Assembly: GCA_001275005.1 (NCBI GenBank)
Contig: JWZX01003380.1
Location: forward strand, 1 to 62,738
Reading direction: 5' to 3'
DNA from: Chrysochromulina tobinii
Taxonomy: Eukaryota
Length of the DNA: 62,738 nucleotides
In this document: piece after piece, positions 44,420 through 54,484 of the stretch
Numbering within the stretch: position 1 is the stretch's first letter
Layout: each line of letters opens with the position of its first letter
The notes under the pieces: generated by a model
Told to the model about the DNA's origin: nothing
Databases searched by the model: none
Seen by the model: the letters and a program-made list of their open reading frames with translations, nothing else
Program-made: the position numbers and the translations under genes

Positions 44420-46912
44420 ATGGCTGACATGTTCGCTGGTATGTCGATGGGCCAGATGACGCCTCCACGGCCACCGTCCGCTGGTATGTTCCCGCCCCCG
44501 CCCCCGCCAGAGACGCCCGCAACTGACAAGGGTTCGAAGCACCGCAGCCGCATCAACGGCTCCGGAGTGACGAGCGACGACGATTCCATGTGGACCCTTG
44601 GGAAGTGGCTCAAGACGGTGGATCTGGCGCGGGCTGTCGAAGAGGCACTCGAGAGCGAAGTGCCGCAAGGAAAGGCGCCGCTCGAGTTCTTCAAGGGTGA
44701 CGACCTCTCGCAAGGTCGTGTGCATGAACTTCTCGAGAGCGCGCGCCTGGGCGGACTTGCAGAGACGGTGTGTAAAGCACTTGAGAGGCTGAGAAAGCAG
44801 CACACTGTGCATGAGATGTGCGACAAGTTCAAGCAGGACGATCTGGTGATGCTCGAATTTGCCAGCCTGTCTTCCTTCTTCGGTGGGCTCGAAGGCAAGA
44901 TTGGTGCGCCCCTCCCAGACGTGCAAACGGCGATGAGAGACGAGCACAAACGAGGGCTCTTGTTCATTAAGGACCAGGAGTAAGCCGCTATTACCCTTCC
45001 TTACCATCTCGCCTCTGTCCGCTCACCCTTCCAAGTCCTTTTCCCGGCACTGTGCGACAGATGCGACAGATGGTTCACAACACCCAACTACAAGATCGAG
45101 ACCACCTCAAGGATCGAATTTGACTTTGTCGATAATCCCGAAAATGGTCTGACATTCGAAGTACATGGCACAACCACATGGCCAGCTGAGGACACGGCAG
45201 AGCTCAGGCAGAAGCGGGTCGAGGCTCGCAAGCCGATGCCGAAGGCGGAGCTCGAGCGGAAGAGGACGGAACGCAATCAAAAACTGAAGGAGCTCAAACA
45301 AGACGAGCTGGTACCCGAGGAGGTCGTGGCCGCCAGGCTGTACACGGGGCCACTCTTCGTCAAGTACAATGCGGTGCTGCGCGGGATCGATAGCTCCAAC
45401 AAATACCTCGAGGGTGAAATGAAAAAATATTGCGCAGAGAGAGAGGGGGGCACAAAAATCAACATGTACTGCACGACGCTGCACTGCATCAATTCCGCCA
45501 TCATCAAGTTGTCGAAGCTCACCCGAGCCACGGCCGTGTACCGTGGGGTGTCCGATAAAGGGCTTCCAGAGCAGTTCTTTAAAGCCAACGACTGTGGGGT
45601 GCGTGGCGGCGTCGAGGGCGCCTTCATGTCGACTACAGAGAACCGTGAGGTAGCCCTCGGCTATGCAACAGGGAAAAAGGGAAGCATTCTGCTCGAGATC
45701 GATCAAGGCATGATCGCCCGCGGCGCCGACATCTCCTCCATCTCGCAGTACCCGCACGAGAAGGAGGTGCTCTTCAACCCGCTCACGGGTCTCGAGGTGA
45801 AGTCCACACGCGTCGAAGGCTCGGTGCTCGTCATCAGCGTCGCGCCCTCGATCAACCTCAACGCGCTCACCATTGATCAGGTCACTAGCAAGCGCCACAC
45901 GCTCCTAGAAGATTTGAAGAGGAGTATGCTGCTCGAAGTGCAGAAGGACAAGGACGCGGTGGATGAGCACATCGGGGACCCTCTTAAAAAGATGCTCGAG
46001 GTGAAGTTGAAGAACGTGCTTACGCCTGAGCGCAGAGAAGGGGGTAAAAAATGGTACAACGACCCAGGGAACTTCAAGAAGGCGATCGACGATTTTTTTC
46101 AAGCAAAAGAATCGCTCAAATATGATCCGGACAGCAATGAGCTAGTGGGGTGCACTGCCCAGCAGGTCATCGACGCTTTTGAAGAAGGCCATGGGCGCAG
46201 GCTCTTCAAGTGGCAGCCCTTCGGTGCGCTTTGCAAGGACGGGTCGCTGAACATGACGTTCAGACAAAACAAGCAACATAAGAAGTTCCTCTGCTTCGAC
46301 GGCTATTGCCGTTGCGGTAATATCACAGAAGACGAGCAGGTGGGGGCTGGGTGGCCCAAGCCGGTCGTCACCCAGCCTTCCCCAACCTCCCGCAGTCTCC
46401 CTGAGCAGAGAGAGTCTGCCGTCGGTCACGAATCCAGGTGGCAGCCGGCGGGGCTTGCCAAAGATGGATCGCTCGACATGCGCTTCGGACCCAACAAGCC
46501 GCACGACAAGTACAACTGCGCCGACGGCGTCTGCCGCTGTGGCTTCATCAAAGTCAGTCGGCCATCACCACCCAACGCTGCGCCGCCCGCCCCTGCCCTC
46601 GCCGTGCCGGCTGGCTACGGTTATCCGACGGCCAGGCCACAGGAGATGCAGCAGCAGCAGATGCAGCAGCAGCAGATGCAGCAGATGCAGATGCAGATGC
46701 AGATGCAGCAGCAACATATGCACCAACTGCAGCAGCAGCAGCAGCAGATTCGGCCGCCAGCGCCGCCCGCCGCCGCCACACCACAAAGCACGCGGTGGCA
46801 GCCGGCGGGGCTTGCCAACGATGGATCGCTCGACATGCGCTTCGGACCCAACAAGCCGCACGACAAGTACAAATGCGCCGACGGCGTCTGCCGCTGTGGC
46901 TTCATCAGGTGA
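44420..46912 (+). CDS. Mono-ADP-ribosyltransferase (R-S-E clade) protein with three C-terminal His/Cys repeats and polyQ
   Basis: Intron 44980-45060 (GTAAG...GACAG) keeps the frame. Motifs ARLYTGPLFVKYNAVLRG, YRGV, AFMSTT and SQYPHEKEVLF. Confidence 0.85.
46437..46907. repeat. 114-nt intragenic duplication with 2 mismatches
   Basis: 46437-46550 and 46794-46907 both encode WQPAGLA(K/N)DGSLDMRFGPNKPHDKY(N/K)CADGVCRCGFI. Confidence 0.92.
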
Positions 46913-47754
46913 TCGATGATCAGGCGGCGGCGGATCAGGCGGCGGTGCAGGAGTCACCGCGAATGGCTGCGGAACGGCTCGCGACGGCGCACGAACGCGC
47001 CTGGCTATACGGGTCCCTCGCTCTGCAACGAGCGCGTGCGCCGCGCCGGTCCGAAGCAATTGAGAAAGGTCCTATGTCTGATGAGTGTTATTGAGCATGC
47101 CACGGTGCGAGCGGCAGAGGGTTGAGGGCATTCCCCCAGAGGACGTGTTGCTACCTCCACCGTAGGACCGGAGGACCGTATAGGGAATAGGCGAAGACCG
47201 GACCTATGTGAAATGTGACGTCGGATTAGGCTTGTTGAGCTCGTAGCGATACCTCGGAGGTACGGTAAGTGACGTCAAGTATCCGTTCGGTTCGTCCCGG
47301 TCCGGTCGGTCGCGCTCGCGTTGTGTGTGTGGGTATGTGGCCGGTGGGTTCTTTTGCGCGCGCGTCAGTGGGGGCGTCGGGGCTGGGGGGGCCGGATCCG
47401 ATCGCGATCCGACGAACGTGTGACTGTGCGCACTGTGTCGGCAATTGGCACTTTATTGGCACTGTGTGCCTCACTATGTAGAAACACCATAGGGGAATTA
47501 CCTGAGCGAGCCTGACCGGTCCCGCTGAGTCGGTTGAAATAGATGAAACCCTCCCCCATGCCCCAAGGTCAAAATCTCGCACCCCTGCCTCGCGCGCGCG
47601 GGTAACGCGTGGGGCGCGCGCGGCAGGGGCCAGGGCGCAGGTGGGGACTGATGCGCATATTCATAATTCAAAGCCATATTCACAGCCAACGGTCATAATT
47701 GGACACCCCAAGACTCCGGCAATTCACGAGGCCTTTCGTGGACGTCAGCATCTC

Positions 47755-48739
47755 ATGGCGGCACCACTCGTCGGCCGGCGCGTCCGCATTACCAACCTGG
47801 AGTCAAAACCGGAGCTGAATGGCCAGCACGGCCTGGCCGTGGCGTTTGATGACTCCAAGGGCCGCTACAACGTGAAGCTAGAGAGCGATGGCGCATTCAT
47901 CTCCCTGAAACCAGCGGCTCTCATCGCTGCGGATGCACATCGCACAGGTGGAGGCATGCCAGGCATGGGCGGCATGCCTGGGATGGGTGGCATGCCAGGG
48001 ATGGGTGGCATGCGAGGCATATTACCTCTGCTTCTGGCCAGGCTTGTTGCTGGTGGCGTGCAGCCGCAGCACCTTCTCGTGGGTGCAGGCCTACTATTCT
48101 TCGTGCTACCACGGCTGCTTGGCATCGGCATGCTTCCAATGATCCTCTTGGGCGGCCTTGCGACCTTCGTCATAAGGAGCTCTGCGGGTGGCAAGGGGCT
48201 GCACGGCGTTCTTCAGTCCGGTCGTGATGTGATCGACCGCATAGGTGTTGCAGTCGGACGAGCTACAGGCAAAGAGCTGTCCACTGCACAGACCGCGCTG
48301 CTGCTGGCTGGCGTGGCGTACCTGATGTATCAGTACAATCCGCTAGGCTCGGCGCCAGCCTCGTCAGGCGAGCCCGGCAGCACTGGTGCGCTGAGCGCTC
48401 CCTCGATGCAAGCGCCAACCGCCCTGATTGCAGCCCTAATCGATCAACCGCCCGAGTCACGCGCGCTGCACAGTCTACGTGGCCTATTCCAAGGGCTACA
48501 AGGACGGATTGAAAAATCTTGCTTTCGATCCTATCTCAGATGCGCCCGCAGCGAGCGGCTCGAGCTCGGGCTCGGGATTTGGGCTTGGTAAGCTCCTCAA
48601 CATGGTGATGGCGGGCTCTATGGTATACCAAATGGGCGGGACACCCTTTAGCTTGGAGTCACTCGTCGCCAACCTCAAGCAGATGCAGCCGATGCAGATG
48701 ATGATTTTGTTCAGTTGCGTCTCCGGGCTGTTCTCCTGA
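47755..48739 (+). CDS. Membrane protein with an N-terminal SH3/KOW-like module and GGMP repeats
   Basis: VGRRVRITNLESKPELNGQHG...GRYNVKL...ISLKP, GMGGMP x3 and hydrophobic helices. A putative GC-AG intron 48368-48473 joins to ORF 48479-48739. Confidence 0.7.
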
Positions 48740-49286
48740 GCGCTTCACGCGTCTCGCAGAGTGCACGACAGCGGGAGCGCGGGCGGGTGCCGCAGAGCTG
48801 CGGATCCGACCCCGGACAGCGCCGCGACGCGGGCGCCCGGCGAGGCGGCGCGCGCGGCCGGCGGCACACGATCGTTACCGTAACATCGAGGACCCGCCGC
48901 TGCGACGCCTAAGGCTTAGCCGCTTTTTGCCGCTTTTTAAGGCTATAAGCCGTATAAGCGACCACGCCTTGGGCCTTGCCTGAGTTGAGTTAGGTTGCGA
49001 CAAAGAGTTGAAACTGAATCTTTATCTCGCTGTCACCGCGCGGTCACTGACTCTCGGAGTCCCGATGCCCGTCCGACGGCGACGCGCGCACACCAAGCAC
49101 CGCGGAGGGACTCATCAACACATTATACACAGCCTCAGGTACGGTAGGAAACAGAAGGAGCGAAACGATGGCAGTCGTATCACGGCGATGCCAGGGGTGC
49201 GGGTCACATCGGCAAAATTACGCGGCCGAGGGCCCGAAGTAAGTGGAGTAGCAGTCGCATACGCGTGCATTCGCGCACATGCGCAT

Positions 49287-49811
49287 CTAGATGAGGTTCA
49301 TGCCCGCCTTCCGCATCGCAGGGCCTCCCTCGACGAAGACGCCATCACGCGAGAACACGACGGAGCGCGGCGGCCCAAAAATCGAGGGCGGTGCGTTCGC
49401 GCCAAGGTTTGCGTACGGCTTGGGGCCCTCCTTATTGGCCACGTTCAGCCACTTGGGAGGGCTCCACTGGCCACCCTCGGTCTTCACCCTGAGCTCGTTG
49501 GGGATGTAGCCGCTGTAGCCGGGCATGAACTTTGAGTGCAGGCGGACGTCCTTTGCCGTGGGGACATCCATGTCCGTCGCACGGTAGCAGTCAAGCGACG
49601 TCGGCTTCGGCGTCTTGCAGCTGTGCGCGACGTATGGATCGATGCCCGGCGCCGCAGGCACGTAGGTGTCGAACTTCGCCCTGTCCTCCTCGTCGATGTC
49701 GCCGTCGCCATCGAGGTCAACCACGTCCGCGCGGCCATCGCCGTCCTCGTCTTTGCCCTGGTTTGCGAAGATGTCCTTGCGGAGGCCAAGCTCATACGTC
49801 AGCGATGCCAT
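49287..49811 (-). CDS. Small protein with EF-hand-like Dx[DN]xDG loops and a PGYSGYIP motif (ciliary microtubule-inner-protein-like)
   Basis: DEDGDGRAD, DLDGDGDIDEED and FMPGYSGYIP. ATG at 49811. Confidence 0.6.
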   Translation of the reverse strand: MASLTYELGLRKDIFANQGKDEDGDGRADVVDLDGDGDIDEEDRAKFDTYVPAAPGIDPYVAHSCKTPKPTSLDCYRATDMDVPTAKDVRLHSKFMPGYSGYIPNELRVKTEGGQWSPPKWLNVANKEGPKPYANLGANAPPSIFGPPRSVVFSRDGVFVEGGPAMRKAGMNLI

Positions 49812-50105
49812 GGCGGCCTGGAAATGTGCAAAGGCCAAATGGGCTGTTTTCAGTGGTTTCGCTACGAAGTTTGCCTTTTGGTTTGTTTCACGCTCATTTT
49901 CAACACGTTACGATCGAAAGGTGTCCTGAGACCACACATTCGTACACAATTATAAAAAATTTCATGTTATTCGTGTGGCGCCGTGGCGCCCCCACATCGT
50001 CGCATCGTGCGCACCACCAGGGAGATGCACTGGCGGCAGGATGCTCAGACGCAGATGTACACGAACACACACAGTAGTCCTATGCAGAGAAATCTCCGGA
50101 TTCGA

Positions 50106-51716
50106 TCACAGCTTGAGCTCGCCCAGCAGCAGCGAGCACACGTCCATGAAGGGCAGCACGTCGCCGTCAACCTTCCGGATGTCAAGAAGATATGAATCAT
50201 CCTGGATCTTGTACAGCTGCAGGCCGACCTTGACCTTGCAGCGCACGGCCATTGAAGAGGCATCGAGCGTGCCCGCCGCGGGGGCCTCAATCGGCGGCCG
50301 TGTGCAAGGTCGGCATTTGAGCGAATACTGAGCGACAATCTTCCACTCGAATCGAAGCGTGCGCAGCGTGCGAAAAATCTCGAGCATCATGTCTGCCGGC
50401 GAGAGCGACGACTGCACGCCGAGGTGCCACCGCCGTGCAGGCGCCGCCGCCGCTCCGCCCACGGAGCCTGCCGGACTCAACGCCATCACGCCGCCTCCGC
50501 CCATTTGCTGCGGCCACGGAAGCGGGGGCTGGCCAGCCGCCGCCCCGTGTGCGGCGGGCGGCGGTGGCTGGCCTGTGGCGGCGGCGGCGGCGTGCTGTGC
50601 GCCGTCCGCGACGCCGCCCGCCACGGCGCTCTCCAGCATCTCGCCGCCCGCGCCTTGTAGCTGCAGCTGCTGTTGGGTGCCCATCTGCGCCGCGCGCAAG
50701 ACCGGCGACGCACCGAGCATCTTGCGCCGCTTGTGGTCGAGGATGAGGTAGTAGGCGACCGTCATCTGGTTGCGCTCCTGCTTCTGGAGCGCCTCGAGCA
50801 GCTCTTGCCGGTCGAAGCCGATCTTCATCACCACCTCCGAGAGTACATCCTCATCGAGTGCGCGGAACTGCGACATGATCTGGTCAGGCGTGACAGAGAG
50901 GTAGAGCGGCAAGGACTCGCTAAACCAGCGATGCCGCCGGATCTCGGGGAGGGTGATGCGCTGCAGCGGATCGACCACGAGCATGCGCGAAATCAGGTCC
51001 TTGATCTCGTCTGACATGTGGCCCGGCAGCGTGAAGATGCCGCCCTTGATCTTTTTGAACAGATTGGGAATGTTCTCATCGTCAAAGGGCAGCGAGCCGC
51101 AAAGCAGCGCGTATAGGATGACCCCGCACGACCAGACGTCGACCTCCGGCCCCGCATACAGCCGGCCCGAGATGACCTCGGGCGCGGCGTAGTTGGGCGA
51201 GCCGCACGAGGTCTTGAAGAAGTCGCCGTCCTTCATCACGTTGGACAGCCCAAAGTCGGCAATGCGCAGCTGCTGCTCCCCATCGAGTAGCAGGTTCTCC
51301 GGCTTGAGATCGCGGTGCACCACCATGTGCTGGTGGCAGTACTCAACGCCGGAGACGAGCTGCTGGAACATGGAGCGCGCGCGCGGCTCCGAGAGCCGCC
51401 CGTTGGACACAATGAAGTCAAAGAGTTCGCCGCCGGGCACAAACTCCATCACCATGTAAATATCGGTGGGCGTGTAGATGACTTCGTACAGACGGATGAT
51501 GTGCGGATGGTAGAAGAGCTTAAGGATCTTGATCTCGCGGCGCACCTTCTCATCCATCTCGAGCTGGCGAATCCGATTGCGGTTGAGGATCTTGACAGCG
51601 ACCTTGTGCCCAGTCAGCTGGTGCTCGGCAAGACGCACCTTGCCAAAGGAGCCGATGCCCAGGTTTTTGCCCAGGCGGTAGTGGCCAATGCGTTGCAGCG
51701 CCGCCGCCGACGACAT
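50106..51716 (-). CDS. SNF1: SNF1/AMPK-alpha/SnRK1 Ser/Thr kinase catalytic subunit
   Basis: GIGSFGKV, HRDLKPEN, DFGLSN, KTSCGSPNYAAPEVISG, a UBA-like VAYYLILD segment and C-terminal WHLG...LQLYK...YLLD. Confidence 0.97.
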   Translation of the reverse strand: MSSAAALQRIGHYRLGKNLGIGSFGKVRLAEHQLTGHKVAVKILNRNRIRQLEMDEKVRREIKILKLFYHPHIIRLYEVIYTPTDIYMVMEFVPGGELFDFIVSNGRLSEPRARSMFQQLVSGVEYCHQHMVVHRDLKPENLLLDGEQQLRIADFGLSNVMKDGDFFKTSCGSPNYAAPEVISGRLYAGPEVDVWSCGVILYALLCGSLPFDDENIPNLFKKIKGGIFTLPGHMSDEIKDLISRMLVVDPLQRITLPEIRRHRWFSESLPLYLSVTPDQIMSQFRALDEDVLSEVVMKIGFDRQELLEALQKQERNQMTVAYYLILDHKRRKMLGASPVLRAAQMGTQQQLQLQGAGGEMLESAVAGGVADGAQHAAAAATGQPPPPAAHGAAAGQPPLPWPQQMGGGGVMALSPAGSVGGAAAAPARRWHLGVQSSLSPADMMLEIFRTLRTLRFEWKIVAQYSLKCRPCTRPPIEAPAAGTLDASSMAVRCKVKVGLQLYKIQDDSYLLDIRKVDGDVLPFMDVCSLLLGELKL

Positions 51717-51933
51717 GGGCGATGCGCTCAGGCGGTGCCCTGCCTACGACTGGCCTCACGGACGCAGGGGCGCTGCGCTCGCTCCTGCCACACACTTCTC
51801 GCGGTCCGTCGATCTGCTACAGGAGAACGCAAACTTTCTCGTTCGCGAAACGTCTGAACAAACAATGTGCTCGAAACGCACAACGAATACCGTGAGTCCC
51901 GTGTGTTTCCCGGTGTCCCGGTAGGACTCAGTG

Positions 51934-52878
51934 ATGCAATACTCCATCGCCAGCTCTCACGACGAAGACCACGGCGTGCCGGTGCCACTGCCGCCCTCAC
52001 GGCCGCCGCCGTCGCGCTCCTTCGTCGCTCAGCAGCGCGGTACCGCCGATGTGCCGTCGCCCTCGCGGCCGCTGCCACCATCGGTGCCGCGGCCAGTGCC
52101 GCCCACCTCTGTGTATCGGCGACCGTCAGCCACAGCTGTAGAGGGCGGTGCGTCGGTCGCGCCGCCCTCGAAACCGCGGCCCAGCCCACGCGTCGTCGAG
52201 CAGCTACGCCAATCGAGCGGCGGCGAGCCCGTTGCGCCGCCCTCGCGGCCACCACCCACACGTGCGTTCGTGGACGACCAGCGAGAGAGCAGCTCGGCTT
52301 CGAGGCATCCCCCGAAGTCGCACGGGCCGCTCCAGCCCTTCCACGCGCAGGTGGGCACTCTCGAACCGGCGGCGCTCGCGGCGCTAGAGGCCGTCTCCAA
52401 CTCGATAATCGTCGAGGCGCGCAAAAAGTTCCATCAGGGCAACTTTGAGGAGGCGCTGCATGGCTTCCAGTACTGCCTCGCGGTGGCCGAGAAGACGACG
52501 GGCTCCGGCGACAGCTCCAAGATTGCCGAGTACGGCGCGATGCTCCACAACATCGCCTCGTGCCTGCACTGCCTCGGCGACTTTGCGACCGCCAAGACTT
52601 ACTATGAGCGCGCGCTACAGGCCTTCGAAGGGCCACCGCCCTCGCGCTTCTCGTACATGCTGTACGGCGACGTGGACCGCAAGCGGTGCGACTTCGTGCG
52701 CGAGCGGCTCATCGACATCGAGCACGGACGCAAGCCAGACCTCGACAAGTACCTCGACGGCTACGGCAACCGTCGCGACGTGACGGCTGAGCTGGCGAGA
52801 GAGCGAGCAGAGCCGACCGCATATCACCCAGATGAGCGGGGGATCTATGTCGGAGGATCGTACATTCCCCGTCAGTAG
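51934..52878 (+). CDS. TPR-containing protein with a Pro-rich N-terminus
   Basis: TPR-like helices ARKKFHQGNFEEALHGFQYCL and LHNIASCLHCLGDFATAKTYYERAL. Confidence 0.75.
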   Translation: MQYSIASSHDEDHGVPVPLPPSRPPPSRSFVAQQRGTADVPSPSRPLPPSVPRPVPPTSVYRRPSATAVEGGASVAPPSKPRPSPRVVEQLRQSSGGEPVAPPSRPPPTRAFVDDQRESSSASRHPPKSHGPLQPFHAQVGTLEPAALAALEAVSNSIIVEARKKFHQGNFEEALHGFQYCLAVAEKTTGSGDSSKIAEYGAMLHNIASCLHCLGDFATAKTYYERALQAFEGPPPSRFSYMLYGDVDRKRCDFVRERLIDIEHGRKPDLDKYLDGYGNRRDVTAELARERAEPTAYHPDERGIYVGGSYIPRQ

Positions 52879-53195
52879 GTTCTTTCGAGCTGCTTGCGAG
52901 TTGGGCGCGCGGAGACGGGCGCGAGGCATGGCGCGCGAGGCTGCTGCATGGTTCTTGGTTCGCAAACGCGCCATCCTTATCCTAGAGGCGCTGACCTTCT
53001 TGGTCCTTCCTACAATGCGGATGCTTGCGCCGTACCGCGCTACTCGTCCTGACTACAATGTAATGTTTTCCTTGATTTGAGAGCAAATTCGAAGCTCATT
53101 TGCGTCATTTGTGGGATGATGGAACGAAATCCTCCAAAGGCGGTGGCCTGGTCGGTAGCCTGCGACGATCGACGGCGCGGACGCGGCTGCGTACC

Positions 53196-54389
53196 ATGTA
53201 CTACGGCGGAGAGAAGCCGAGGGCCGCGGCGACTGGGCGAAATCCGTCGGAGGAGGTGTCGCCAACTTCGGTAATCGAATCGATGAACCAGCTCTCATTG
53301 GAGCGTGCGAACTGGCAAGGAATAGGTTGGGTATGCCCCCCAGGATATGCGTACCTGCCCGGCATGGGGCCGATGACGCCTGCACCTGTGCCGCAACCTG
53401 TAATGATGCAGCAACCTCAAGTGATGATGCCGCAGCCTAACATGATGCCGCAACATCAAATGCCGCCGCCGCCGATGCAGCCGATGCAGCCAATGCCGAC
53501 CAGCGAGGGCTCGGGGTTGGGAGCCCAAATGGCCGCGGCCTTCAGCAGCTACTATGGTGGCAGAGGCGGCAGGCGCGGTGAACAGGGTGAGAAAGCACAG
53601 CGTCCCAAGCTGGGTCCGTGCTTGTTTGGTGGCGGGGGGAAAAGAGGACCCCCCGCTCCACCAAAAGCAGCACGCTCGTCTGCTTATTCGTCGGCGGCGA
53701 CGGCGGCGTCGCCGACGAGCCGTCCGATACCCCCCGGCGACCACCTCCATGCGGGGACATTTTTCCAAGGGCTGCTACGGCCCCAACAGCCGCCCCCGCC
53801 CGTGCCGCCCGCGCCGCTTTCATCGGAAGCCCTGTTTCAGATGGGCTTCGACCCGGATGACGTGGGCCGTGCGATCGTGCATGCCCACGGGGAGCCGAAC
53901 CAGGCGCTCGGGCATCTCCTCTACGCTGGCAAGGCACGAATCCGAGCGATGCAAGAGCAGCTCGATCGGATCGCCGACGTGCACCCCTCCGCGGAGGCCA
54001 GCCTCCCCATGCCACCCCTTCCACCCACAGGTCCGCATGAGGACCCCATTGCACGGCCAGGGGACCCCGGAGTTACGATGGCGTCTGATGGCCTGTGATT
54101 GCCTCCCTCATCAGGTCCGCATGAAGACCCAACTGCACGGCCAGGGGACCCCGGGGTGGCCCCGGGCGTACAGTACACGCCGCCGGAGTTTCGCGTGAAG
54201 AAGAAGCGCCTCGCCCCGCGGCACAAACGCGAAGCCCTCTCTTTCCTCTCCGAGATCGAGCAGGAGGCGCTGCCCGCGGATGGCGGGCAGGAGCACCCAG
54301 AGGGAACACAACTCTCCGGCCCTGCCATGGCCTCAGCCTTGCGCGCGCCTCCGGAAGGGCCGGAGAGTGCTTCCTCTTCCAGTTTGTAG
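53196..54389 (+). CDS. Pro/Met/Gln-rich protein with a UBA-like domain
   Basis: LFQMGFDPDDVGRAIVHAHGEPNQALGHLL. An 84-nt intron 54031-54114 removes the TGA at 54096 and extends the frame to 54389. Confidence 0.65.
54031..54114 (+). other. Intron whose first 43 nt duplicate the downstream exon start
   Basis: 54031-54073 matches 54115-54157 at 39/43 positions. Tail is gatggcgtctgatggcctgtgattgcctccctcatcag. Confidence 0.75.
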
Positions 54390-54484
54390 CGGTTTGTAGG
54401 AGTTTGTGAGGAGTTTGGGCACCACTCTTCACACAAGATTCACAGGAAGCTTTCGGGCGCGAGGCGTGCGTGTGACCCTTCGGT

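Noticed and set aside
44128..44967. N-terminal 280 aa of ORF 41380-44967
   Set aside because: Antisense shadow of ART exon 1 plus the promoter. The coiled-coil protein more plausibly starts at 44127.
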